From positions 62,001 through 126,000 of the forward strand of contig CM120643.1 in NCBI GenBank assembly GCA_051362555.1: a DNA stretch of 64,000 bases, read 5' to 3'. Within the stretch, counting starts at the first letter, position 1; every line of letters starts with the position of its first letter. This stretch comes from Lingula anatina (taxonomy: Eukaryota; Animalia; Brachiopoda). Of the stretch, positions 50,255 through 63,445 are shown in pieces. The notes under the pieces are model-generated. The model saw only the letters and a program-made list of their open reading frames with translations. It was not told the DNA's origin and ran no database searches. The position numbers were made by a program, and so were the translations under genes.

Positions 50255-53200
50255 AATTTTTTTTTTTTTTTTTGCTGTATGTCAATCCTAAGAATCATTC
50301 TTGTAACTTAACAAAATACAGAAAATGTTACAAAGTAAGAGTACAGGGCTCCTGGCAGATGGGAGTGATAAGTAACGACTTGAAAATGCCAGTATAGCAC
50401 TCTATAAACCTGCATTGCCTCCAAAACAGAAAACAATCACACTGGTTTTCAAACACAAGCTGCACTTCTGTCTTATGAAACTTTTCAGTAAGTTTCAGTA
50501 TCGTAAGTAACATGGTTTTCCCTTAACCGCTATCCTGGCAGCAGTGTCCAAAATAGGGTTTTCTTCAACTTTCATGCAATAAACCATAATACTTAACAGC
50601 ATAATGACCATCAAATTTTTTATAAAAAAATAAAAGTATCATGAATATTCAGAAAATGTGATTTGGGAAGGTCTTCAAGGCCATGGAAGTTCAGAGTCAC
50701 ACTTTCAAAATGCCAAAATGTAAACAAGAGATAACTGTACTGAAATGATTTTCTTTCCATTTTCAACACCTTTTTTAAAACAAAATGATCAATAAACTGT
50801 CATTTTTAAATGTTCAACTAGGAAAATTGTTGACATTTATGATACTTTATTACACAATGCACAATGCATTTTTAAATGTTCAACTAGGAAAATTGTTGAC
50901 ATTTATGATACTTTATTACACAATGCACAATATTATAACAGGTTTACCGTCATTTTTATATAATCAACAATATTGTTAAGAAGCAGAAAATGTCAAAACA
51001 ACACTTTTACATATCTTATTAGTTCCATAATGAGACTGTTAACATGCCTAAGAATTAAATCTGAAGAAATAACAATTATATACAAAAATACAGAAAATGC
51101 ACAGCACTTCTGGTGGATGGGAGTAAAAAATCACATCTTGAAGATGCTAGTGTTTGAAAAATAATTTAAAAAAAAAATTTAAAAAAAACGTAAAAAATTC
51201 CAATAAAGCTGCTATTCAAACTTTTAATCTAGCTGTATTAACTTGATATTAATAACCCCACCAAGTTTGAGAAAAATAAAGCACTGTTATTCATCTATAG
51301 CATGTTGACATAACACATTCTTTTTGTTGTAAATTTATTTGCAATGTTTAACACCATTTATCTGCACAATTATCACCAAATCCTAATTTTGTGACACAGT
51401 TAAGAGAGCTAAACCTATGGGACTTTACAGGGAAATCTCAAGGAGTGTTTTATGTAATCTCATTTAATGTCCAATTGAAAATTAATGAGTAGGCAAGTGA
51501 CTTTATAGACCTTAATTTAATTAGTGATCACCCAAGGGACAATTTTATAGACTGCCATCCATACAGTACCATCATATAGCACAAAGGTGTTGCATACATG
51601 CTGAAAAAAGTGAAAAACAGCATTACTTCCCTAAAAATGACCCAATCACGCTGATTTTCAAACTTGACCTGCGTATTATGAATATTCATCAGTTCTGTAA
51701 GTTTGAAACCAAAAGGTAAAATGGTTTTCCACTTATCGTGTTATCGGTGCTGCATATATGCTGAAAAAAGTGAAAAAACAGCATAAATTCCCTATAAGTG
51801 ACCCGATCATGCTGATTTTCGAACTTGACCTGCGTATTACGAATATTCATCAGTTCTGTAAGTTTCAAGCCAAAAGAAAAAACAGTTTTCCACTTATCGT
51901 GTTATCGGTAAAAGTGCACGGCGACGGCGACGACGGCGACAGCGACGGCGACGACAGACGCAGATGACGGCTATATGTACAGACACATCTGTGTCTGTAC
52001 ATAAAAAGCTAGCTATTGATCATTGTAAAAAAAAAAAAATTCACCAGGTAAAATTCACTCAGTATTAAAATTTATCTTAAAAACGGGATGAGTTAAATTT
52101 CATAATTGTCAGGGGCCGAAGACCCAGATATATCGCACCTAAGCCGCCTCCGAGAGCCATACGGTTCATACTAGTAAATTTATTCTCAGATATAAGGTTC
52201 GTTTTGCATACCTGTAAACTCCTAAGGGTTTATCTTACATAGAAATGTGATTTAACATCGTTTAAATCATAAATCGGCATGAAATAATTGACGTTTGAAA
52301 ACGGACACAACTTCTTTGCTGCACTTGAAATGACCTCCTTAGCTATAAATATGATCCTATCACCTTGCGACATTGCATCATTCGATCGATATACATGAGT
52401 AGTTGTCACTGCTGAAGGGAAAGCACGTCTATTTATAGAAACTGAAATCAGGTGACACATGTACTGTTGTGTTCAGAGAGCGACTTCCGCTTGACCTACT
52501 TTCCAGTGCTGTTTGTGGAACAGTAGGTAATGAGTTGAGATCTCGATTTTCTTCTCATTATACTTCAATTTAAGAAAATAAAAAGCGTGACTTGTACTTG
52601 TGTAATTTCCCACCGGTACAATAGGTATTTAATAAACATACCGGGTGGAAGATTTTTGAAAAATTAATAAGCGTAGGCTACTGGGTGAAAATGGAGCGTA
52701 CCGGCGGGAAGAAATTTGGAAAATTAATTAACATACCGGTACGTTTATTTGATACTTCAGAGTAGGAGAGCTTAATTTGATAAAAAAGACCTTTAGTTTA
52801 AAAATATGAACTTACTGAACATATAGACATCTGAGATATAACATTAGTTTCAGTTTAGTCTGCCCTTTACAGCACAACCGAGGACGCGGAATTTGGTCCG
52901 CCCTTTACAGCACAACCGAGGACGCGTGTGTATAGCCCGATTTCAGACAAAAAGTTGGACAGTATTTCTGATACACTCGTGGCGGGAATTTGGCCCGCGC
53001 TATACAGCATAACCGAGGACTGGCTCAGAATAGCGTCAAATTTCACCACCTAACTTGAAATGGGCCCCTTTATGCATTCCACTGCTTATGTCAACCGAGG
53101 ACGTCCTCGGTTGGAGGTGTGTCCTCGGTTAGTGGGTTTCGGGCGGGTGTGTGTCCTCGGTTAGAATGCGTGCACAAGAGCACACACACACACACACACA

Positions 53201-54042
53201 CACTACTCAGTACTAAAGCTATCTACCAGCGGGTGAGAAACTGCCTGCGTCGTCTACCCATTTCGGCAGGTAGTGGAGAGAAGACGGGTTGTCCAGACTG
53301 AACATCAAGATCACAGCGTGTGTATTGCGGTAGTAGTTCTGAGTTAAGGTACGGAACCGTTCTACTCCTGCTGTGTCCCACACCGCCAACTAAACAGAAT
53401 AAAGTAATTGACCGTTAGCGCTCCAACGAAGTGAAACTTTTAAAAATAAAACTTTGAGTATCACTGTGCAATGCACCTAGTTTATTCTTTGCGTAAGTGT
53501 TTGTGATGTGGGCCACACGGTGGGTTACAGAAAAAGGGGGTATTTGGGTCACGTTAATACTGTGTGTATTGGCTTTCTGTAACAGTTATAAAGTCGACCT
53601 ATTGCGCACTTTTATATATAAACATACAATAAATCGTGTCACATGATAAAGGTTCTGATCTTTTACGGGGCTGGTCGGGAACTCTGGGTTTATTTTCGCT
53701 CTAGCTCATCAGTTTTCACAAAATATTAGCCAAAAATAGTCATCGTGCAAGATTAACACATTGCGTACAAACATGTCTAATGTAAACACGAACCTAGACT
53801 CCCCCGAAAGCACCCCCCCCCCGAAACCTCCCCCCCCCCCCCCCCCCCCCCACACGTACCGTGACCCGGTCGCCTTTGATGTTAAACACCCTGGAACAGC
53901 TGTCGATGGTGTGTGTACCCTCTGTGACATTGATAAACCTGTCATTCTTCATACGTAAAAAGAAAGTAGTTTTCCCCACGTTCACTTCGCCTAGAAGGAC
54001 CACTTTAAACATAGGACCTCGCTGGTTTGCTGCTGACGCCAT
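45772..54042 (-). CDS. Rab-family small GTPase (divergent)
   Basis: Exons on -: 53860-54042 (FKVVLLGEVNVGKT), 53227-53389 (VWDTAGVERFRTLTQNYYRN), 46317-46436 (ILIGNKSD, SSKTG), 45772-45929 (C-terminal CYC* prenylation motif). All are GT-AG and in phase. Confidence 0.9.
46597..47056 (-). repeat. Compound minisatellite (7 copies) reproducing the Rab exon 2 donor, interleaved with (CA)n
   Basis: Unit tactcagtactaaagctatctaccagcagatgagaagctta(ca)n matches the real junction at ~53200-53240 (tactcagtactaaagctatctaccagcgggtgagaaa). Confidence 0.92.
47059..53178. mobile_element. Putative DNA transposon derivative inserted in a (CA)n tract, with subterminal AACCGAGGAC repeats and a nested HINE-like copy
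   Basis: Ends cttgt-N11-aaccgaggac are in inverted orientation; cattctaaccgaggacacac (47231) is inverted at 53149-53168; about 11 motif copies cluster at the two ends; (CA)n on both flanks. Confidence 0.65.
47700..52007. mobile_element. Helentron/HINE-like element, copy 3 (rearranged, 5' boundary uncertain)
   Basis: Same internal modules as copies 1 and 2, and the identical (GACGGC)n plus terminal hairpin at ~51975-52005. Confidence 0.6.
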
Positions 54043-54928
54043 TGTTGGTGTTAAAGTCCGGTGTGTTAGCCAACCACTGGTGTCCTCAGTCTACAAGTAC
54101 TTAGGTGCCGTTGTTAATTATTATTTCTCACTTATCAACTTATCGCGCTGATTTTTTTAATATTCCGTCTTCCGCATTCAGGGCAGGTCATGTGGTTATG
54201 ATATAGATTTAAGAAAACAAGTCGTACTTGTTATAACTGCTGTGTTACAAGAGCACGGCAGTAACAGCGCTGTTCAACCAGATCACCACATTAACAGGTA
54301 ACTCAAGAGTCAAACGCTGATATCCGTGTTATTTGCTACTGTTTCTAGTAATCTGTCCTCTCACGAACGACCGCAAGTTTCTCCCACTAGACCGTGTGAA
54401 AGACAATCCATGTAAAACTAGAGTTTCACACACAGAAATAGTCTAACTTTAATTAACGGATGCCCTCCCTGTATAGTCTTTGTCACTATATAACCGTCTT
54501 GATGTAACGCTCTTCTCGTCCCACATCTTATCTGCCACTGAGTCATGTTCTAAGGACAGCATGGACTGGTAGAGCACGGGACACTTCTTAAAGTGGAAAT
54601 GATACGGGCCACAAAAAAAGAAAGCAAAACATGAACGTTTTTTCTTCGCCGCATATAAAAAGTGCGCAGTTAAGTCAACAGCGATGTAGATGTATAAAGG
54701 TGTGTTTATGACCCAGGGTTTGCGTTACTTCATGCTGTGGTGGGGTACTCATACTTCTATGTGGAATAACACAGTGACATGTACACAGCCTGATAATGAT
54801 ATCAGTGAAGAGATATACGTACCATGACCCAGTTAGAACGACATCTTTATCTGTGTTTGTCATACTGACAACATTCACGTCACAAAGTATAGGCCCTTCA
54901 CGCCGTGACGACTGTCACGGTTAATTTG

Positions 54929-54966
<38 letters not shown>

Positions 54967-54998
54967 TAGCATGCTTTATCAACACCATCATTACAATT

Positions 54999-55035
<37 letters not shown>

Positions 55036-55881
55036 AATTTGACTGCAGTCACTGATATAAAACTAAAATCTTTGTAAAAATGTCAAACAACGTTCCATTT
55101 TAGAATTTTTACAAGGTGCTAACGAAGAGCTGAGGAGAGTAAACGTTTTGATTATTTTAATTATTTTAAAAAAAATTTTGACCCACAAAGTTTATATCAG
55201 CCTCTCTTTCATGAAATGGAGTTAACGTGCTTCATGACGCCATATATGGCATCCTTTTCAGTTATCAAGTATGAGCATTTCACAAAATACGAACTGAGTC
55301 ATGCACGAAGTCTATTATCGGTCTAAAATGTAATTGCGACAGTTGAGCCACGAGCACAATGGAGCATCTCAACCACCAAACGCCGTGGGAAACAACTGGT
55401 GTCAATGCAGCGCCGCATTACGTAATGATAACATGTATATCTGACGAAGACTTATAGAATTACATATCAATAATCAGCATTTAGCTAACAGGCAGGCTGG
55501 TTAACCACTTCCCAAGATATATTGATTTAAGCTGGAGATACCTTATGAAAAAGTCATCGCGACTAATTGAGATGTTGGATCTTTTCTCGTAATCCTTGCG
55601 TCCGAACGTGAGCCGTTTATACCATTCTCGTTACCAATAACTAGCTGTCTATCTGAGCAGATTGCAGGACAGCTAACTCTACGTTACCAATAACTAGCTG
55701 TCTATCTGAGCAGGCTGCAGGACTGCTAACTCTCACCTGTGAACTGATAAGTGTCAGCAACTATGTATATGTACCTGGTCGACAACAACGGAGATTGAAG
55801 GCGTCCCAGTTGACTAAACCAAGGAGTGGTATAACTCCTTGACTAAACATACACAACAATAGGTTGAAAAGTTCTTCCCCT

Positions 55882-56399
55882 AGCAAGTGTCTACCCTCAG
55901 CCACACACGAAATAACTCAGCAAGTGTCTACCCACAGCCACACACGAAATAACTCAGCAAGTGTCTACCCTCAGCCACACACGAAATAACTCAGCAAGTG
56001 TCTCCCCTCAGCCACACACGAAATAACTCAGCAAGTTTCTACCCTCAGCCACACACGAAATAACTCAGCAAGTTTCTACCCTCAGCCACACACGAAATAA
56101 CTCAGCAAGTTTCTACCCTCAGCCACACACGAAATAACTCAGCAAGTGTTTCCCCTCGGCCACACACGAAATAACTCAGCAAGTTTCTACCCTCGGCCAC
56201 ATATGAAATAACTCAGCAAGTTTCTGCCCTCAGCCACACACGAAATAACTCAGCAAGTTTCTACCCTCAGCCACACACGAAATAACTCAGCAAGTTTCTA
56301 CCCTCAGCCACACATGAAATAACTCAGCAAGTTTCTACCCTCAGCCACACACGAAATAACTCAGCAAGTTTCTACCCTCAGCCACACATGAAATAACTC
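55882..56399. repeat. 37-bp minisatellite (~14 copies)
   Basis: Unit agcaagtttctaccctcagccacacacgaaataactc. Confidence 0.95.
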
Positions 56400-56728
56400 T
56401 TACAACGTGGGCTGCCGTATCTCATCCCGTCTCTATAGTGTAAGTTACCATGTAGCAACGTCTGCAAGGGAGGGTATGGAAAAGACGTCTCCAAAGGAGG
56501 GTATGGAAAATACGGGAGGGTATGTAAAAGACGCCAGTTGCGCTGTGACGTAAGTGGCATCATCGGTTAAGATATAAACTGTGAATTATTGGCTCGAAAT
56601 AGTACTGATTGCGATTTTGATATGTTTCACAAAGAGCTTCATGTCAAAATAACCAGTTCTTTCATTTGCCATTGATTAGAATTTTTTAATTTGTCGAGCG
56701 TGATTTCTAGTTAACGGTCCGATGGTCT

Positions 56729-57246
56729 CTTCCACTGGTTTAGCTGGAATGTCATGCTATGTCATATGTTACTCGTAGAGTGGTCTAAAGAATACAAGTC
56801 GTCTTCCACTGGTTTAGCTGGAATGTCATGCTATGTCATATGTTACTCATGGAGTGGTCTAAAGAATACAAGTCGTCTTCCACTGGTTTAGCTGGAATGT
56901 CATGCTATGTCATATGTTACTCATGGAGTGGTCTAAAGAATACAAGTCGTCTTCCACTGGTTTAGCTGGAATGTCATGCTATGTCATATGTTACTCATGG
57001 AGTGGTCTAAAGCATACAAGTCGTCTTCCATTGGTTTAGCTGGAATGTCATACTATGTCATATGTTACTCATGGAGTGGTCTAAAGCATACAAGTCGTCT
57101 TCCATTGGTTTAGCTGGAATGTCATGCTATGTCATATGTTACTCATGGAGTGGTCTAAAGCATACAAGTCGTCTTCCAGTGGTTTAGCTGGAGTGTCATG
57201 CTATGTCATATGTTACTTATAGACAGGTCTAAAGCATACAAGTCGC
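56729..57246. repeat. 74-bp minisatellite (7 copies)
   Basis: Unit cttccactggtttagctggaatgtcatgctatgtcatatgttactcatggagtggtctaaagaatacaagtcgt. Confidence 0.95.
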
Positions 57247-57993
57247 CTTTTGTACTACAGTAAATATATTGACATAAAATACTTTGTTTTCTACTTAAAC
57301 AAATTCGCATATTAAAATATTTGATCAATGCAAGCAATAGTTGCCAAAAGCACGCTGTATGAATTTTTAACGGAGTACAAAGGGAGTGCACGTGTGCCTT
57401 TCAACAGAAATGACTTCCGTATTCGGTGTTATTCTATGTTTTGGTTGGTGAGACTAAATTTTACAACACAGGTGTTCTATAATGGTACAATATACATAAT
57501 CAATCTGTTTATCTTTCAATAGCATTTTTTTCCTGAGAAAATCGTTATATTTCGATCTTACGTGCCTAATTTCAATATACTTTTTCATCAAAACAACTCA
57601 AAAACAAGAGCTTAATCACGCTTTCATGATCATTTGCGAAATTTTTGGGTATGATTCGATTATTTTCTGTGCAGAAAAAATAATTCTATTTGAAGAATGT
57701 AATGATCATTGATTTGGACGACATGCAAGGCCCAGAAATGTTTGAGAAATGTTTTCAGCGGCGATTATTTGACGTACTTGTAGCCGCTACTGACGGCGTT
57801 TTAGCAATGTCAGATCTCTTCATGAAGGGTTTTTTTCAGGGAAATAAAGAGAAGTTGTAATTAGCTATTTAAATATCAGATGTACTACACATAAGAACAG
57901 AAACAGCCTGATAAATGTATACCTTCATAACGGAGCTCGCATGTCTAGCTTAGCTTACTATGGGTAGTCAGCCTCCCCTCTCTCTCTCCCCCA

Positions 57994-58048
<55 letters not shown>

Positions 58049-60255
58049 AGGGGTATAGCTCAAAGAACTAATGTATATTTGATTTCTATAATGAAGCAAT
58101 AAGGTGATACAGATAAATTCCCATATTGTGCCGCTTTAAATTCACAAACCCAGAATTAGAGAAAATAATCGATACAGCCTCAGGTATCTGCTGATCACAC
58201 CGAATTTTTCCAGAATCCAGTGTCGTTATCTGTACCTCGTATGACTCGTGCTGTACATGCAAAGCCTTTTAGCCGCTGCAATAGAACACCCTAGAGCGTC
58301 CGGTGACATGGGATAGACCAACACTTCATTTACTCATTTATTTAGAAGGTGAGAAAGAGTTCTCAAATTAATAATTTATAGCAATCGAGAAATCAATGTC
58401 CTTACGCCCCTCACAGCAGTCGTCGGTTTCACGGTGACTGCGCTGACTTTGTTCAATTAGCCAGCGGGATCAATAACGCAATAAATCGATTACACACGTG
58501 ATATTGGAGATGATGAAAATATTGGTCTTTGTGCAACCCCATTTGTCTGTTTTTTATTCTTTTTTTAATGCACTGGTGCAGTTTTTTACCTTGCCTACTG
58601 AACGTATTCTGACATGGATTTTTTCCCCTTCAGATCTGGAGTGGAGTGGCGCTATCAAGTGTCTTCATGGCGGCTGCTGCCGTACGTTCTAACGTCTATT
58701 CTCTCCCAGGCAACATGAAGAATGCAGCATATGAAGCTATTTTAGGAATATAAGCCTGACGCTTGCGTTTGAATTGACTTAATGAAATCTTTATGATAAG
58801 GATATATATCTAAGACTGGACTGTTCCAGACCTCCCTGTCCTGCCAGCTGATCCCTTACAGTAAGTTAACAAAACGTCTGCCTCGTGCAGTCGTGTGTAT
58901 TACTCCTCGACGATTTTACATTTAGTTTGCTAACCACACTTTAATTAATAACTGAATTGCAGGCATGCGCTGATAAAACTGATATCGCAATGTTTCTTAT
59001 ACATCAATGAAATGTTCTCACATACATGTGTGTTACTGACGTTCACAATCGTATCCAAGTGTTTGCAGATAGATATTGATAGTGTACTGTAATCGACAAC
59101 ACTGCTGTGATAGATTTAAGTACAACCTCAGTAAAATACGATACAATATAATAAAAGGTAAATATGACAACATAAAGTAGGAAATTGTTTGCACTGATTA
59201 CGCACAACGCTTCATAATTACTTAAATTCGAATTTTTTTTTTTTTTATGAAGCCTGAACTCAACTCTTAAAGTGGCATCTTATCATTTAAAGTTCGCCTC
59301 AATCCACGGATACGAGAAGCGTCGAGTGAAAATCCATAGCTTTCTATTGTATCCCCACAATCTGAATAGAAACGATTATCCTTCCTTGTAACGAGGAGTT
59401 AACATAATAATTCATTCCTGTCTCTAACAACTGATGAAAGAACTTCCCCAGGAGAAAACATCGCTAACTGCGGCGTGTAACCCGGGGTATTCTCTCTATT
59501 GCCTTCGTGTTATTCTACTAAATTGATGTTGCCTTTTAACTTTCGATCGACACACACACAGTGTCATTCAAGTCGATGAAAGAAGGACAATTTTCTCTTT
59601 ACGCAACAGGAGACGCAATGTTTATTATCTGCTTGTTTTTTAATAGCTTCTTTCCACAGAATGCGTTGCTATTGATTAGGTAGAAGGGTACTCAGCGTTT
59701 TGTATGACTGAGGCATGATTTGGACTATTTTCAGCATTTGTCAACACTTTCTCCAATAACCAAAACAAACAAACAAATAAACGGTACTGTTCGAACTGTT
59801 AATATCTCGATGAAGACGACTACCAGTATAGACTCGACATAGAAAATCAATGGCAGAGGTTTGGTTGCACTATATAACCAAGTACTGTCGAGGCGTGTGC
59901 ACATATCTTGGGGGCCGCTCTTGAGTGGAAGAACAGAGAACAGCTTCCTCCTAACACCGCCACTGAAGCCAGCACAAAATAACACAGCTCGATACTTGGT
60001 AATGAGATTAGAATTGTTTTATTTTGTGTTGGATTACGCCACATGTGGACGTGCCTCACACAGAAGCTATTCCACAAGTTAGGAGCACTGGAGCAAGGTG
60101 AGAGACACCTCGTTAAGCTACTGTATGCACGGGCCCGACACCTAAGATTTTAAAAAATTCTCGAGATATGTTGGGATGAAATTTTCAGCTTTAATTGCTT
60201 ATACGTGTCTTTGTAAAATATATATGCAGGTTCCAGAAGATGTGGGTTGCGTTGT

Positions 60256-60299
<44 letters not shown>

Positions 60300-60800
60300 C
60301 TACCGTCATGGCAAATTCTAGGTATGACAACATGTGAAAAGAAGATGGTTATGCCTCTGAAAATTACGACAAATTGAAACTTGCAGTATAGATTAAATGC
60401 TATTGAATTATGGAGATCGTTCAAAATATCCGTTATTTACGGTACTCATATTGTGTGTAGATGCCAGCACATTTGTAGACAACATCAATGATGTGTAACA
60501 TTTCAAAAGAATACGAGCTGAGTCTGAAAAGTTTTTTTTTTTTTCCCGAAAAGGTATATGGAAACCACACATCGTACTTGTGTGAGTTTACTGGATCTCT
60601 CTACGGTATACAATTCTTTAACTAGAGAATAGCTAAGATTATTAGTATTAGCTAGAGTTTACTGCATCTCTCTACGGTATACAATTCTTTAACTAGAGAA
60701 TAGCTAAGATTATTAGTGTTAGCTACATCACTGATTGTTTCTTATGTTGCGCTTTTTATCTTCTCCGCCTACCCCCAAAATGAACAGAAAAATCAAGCCC

Positions 60801-61188
60801 AATCAGTGACAGTATTACCCATGCTTTGTTTTCTTATAGTCACGTCTCACAATCAGTGACAGTATTACCCATGCTTTGCTTTCTTATAGTCAGGTCTCAC
60901 AATCAGTGACAGTATTACCCATGCTTTGCTTTCTTATAGTCAGGTCTCACAATCAGTGACAGTATTACCCATGCTTTGCTTTCTTATAGTCACGTCTCAC
61001 AATCAGTGACAGTTTTCTTATAGTCACGTCTCACAATCAGTGACAGTATTGCCCATGCTTTGCTTTCTTATAGTCAGGTCTCACAATCAGTGACAGTATT
61101 CCCCATGCTTTGCTTTCTTATAGTCAGGTCTCACAATCAGTGACAGTATTACCCATGCTTTGCTTTCTTATAGTCAGGTCTCACAATT
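60801..61188. repeat. 50-bp minisatellite (~8 copies)
   Basis: Unit aatcagtgacagtattacccatgctttgctttcttatagtcaggtctcac. Confidence 0.93.
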
Positions 61189-63171
61189 AGCGCAGATCTC
61201 CGAGGTGTGCCACCGGGAGACGTAAAAGACCATTAAAAAGTTAATGATCGTAGCGAGGATTGAATATTTGTAGTCAAGTGGATGACATAGCGTTAAAATG
61301 AGCCATTGCCGTGATTGCAGGCTCGTTAATCATCGACATCTCAGATAATGTTCATTACTGCTGACGTATCAATTTCTGTAATGGTCATTACTATGAGACA
61401 GATGGCCAGGGAATGTTGTTCACGTTTTTTTTAATATTAGATACATTCACGATACCGTGTGTCATGAAACTGTGTGTCACGGAACTGTGTGTCATGAAAC
61501 TGGGTGCCACTATACCATGTGTCATGCAGCTCCTTATTGCAATTGTTCTCCGCACGTCATGCCTCCAAAGAGAGAGAGAGAGAGAGAGAGAGGGTGTATT
61601 CAAGTCGTGCCATCGACTGTTTTCACTAAAACGACTCAAGGGTCTCTTTCCGGAGGCAAAATCCTTAACGCCCTCTAACGGTCAGCACTTTACCCACGAG
61701 GCGGGAAAACGGAGGTATAGCACGCTTTTAAGTGACCAGTGAAAGGTTGCAGGTTTAACTGGCAAACGAAAGACTTATAATCGCGCTCCCCATCAACCAG
61801 GCACTTGCATCTGTGTGTTGTGTGAAAATCTTAACAAATAGAGCTGGATCCAGTGAAGCAAATAAAGGTTGTTTGAAAGAGCAAACAGCTATCTTGGAAA
61901 TATTAGTCTCTGGACGGCCTCGAACAAACAAATCGATTATCAGTTGACAATATTCTTCGCCAAGATACAGCGATACTTGTCGATATTCCACAAAACCGTT
62001 ATGAAGATCGTATTGCACACGAACAGGTGTTACATGTATAAAAATCAACAGTCCCTCGCTGGCGCCATCTGGTGAGCCCCCTACAGACCTCTGATTGATA
62101 GTGACAGAGTGAGCTAGGAAGGATGGCGTGGACACACACACAGCCTAGTTTTCACTGGACAAATTAATAGCATAGTTTGACAGTTGAATATTGACGCTAC
62201 AAACTGGTATATCCAATGTATCGAGATACTGAGGTTAGTGGATACATTTTTATCTTCCTGTCTCTTAATTTAATTCATACGCCTCTCTTTATCAACAGTT
62301 TTCTGTTACTGTTCGCAGCTAGTAGAGATGGTTGCAAAACCACAAGTTAATGTTCTCAGCTTGCTTCATGAAAGTATTGGTGTCGTTACGTGTATCAGAT
62401 CCTTTGGATTTTTTTCTTATCAAAAAGCTCAGTCTATACATATGTATGACCCAACTGCATTTCGTAAAACAATCTTGATTTAACACTGGTAGATATGTGC
62501 TAATTGCTGTATTTATGGCCAATACTTTAAGCAGTAGACGTTTCTAAAGAAGATAAATCACAAGGTTTCTAGCAATATTTGTAATACTACGACGCCCAAA
62601 AAAGTCCGCTATATCGTTGACATATATGAACGGTATTGGGTGAAACAGTAGTCAACGGCCCTACATCAACTATATACCTGAGGTGAATAACTGTAAAAGG
62701 TTTCTGTCCAGCGTTCCCCGTATCTCCCACTCCAAGGTTATGCTATGTACAGTGTGGATACGCCGTATACAGTGTCCTCACATCGATATGCGATTTCCTC
62801 CCTTATGCTTTCTTCTGTCAAAGAAACTGAAGTTCAGCCTAATCACCGATATGAGATACTTGCACCATATTTTCGTAATAAATCATGTTTCTTTCCGATG
62901 AAAATGACGGCCGTCAAGCCCAATAGTTATTGATGTCTTTAGATATTTGCCTATTTGTCACTCTTGATGTGTCTGTGAAAAGAAAGATTTCAAGGACGGT
63001 TTAATGGTACTTAAGAAAGTATTGCCTTGTGGCTTTGGACTCTCACAAATGCCGATAAGCTTATCTAGATCTAGGGTTGAAAATAAAACTAATCTTGAAT
63101 TCTTGCAGAATTTTACAACTGAAATGCATGTAATTACAATAATAGCGAGTGCGTGATGCTCCATCTGTATA

Positions 63172-63445
63172 CACCCCACCGCCACCCCCCCACACTCCAC
63201 CGCCACCCCCCACACCCCCACATTCCACCCTCACTCCCCACACTCCACCGCCACCACCACTCCACCGCCACCCCCCACACTCCACCGCCACCCCCACACC
63301 CCCACATTCCACCCCCACTCCCCACACCCCACCGCCACCCCCACACTCCACCGCCACCCCCACCCCCCACCCCCACACTCTACCGCCACCCCACCGCCAC
63401 CCCCACCCCCCACCCCCCACACCCACACCCCACCGCCACCCCCTG
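63172..63445. repeat. C-rich low-complexity repeat (CCACCGCCACCCCCACA-like)
   Basis: Degenerate C/A-rich units; G-rich on the - strand. Confidence 0.85.
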
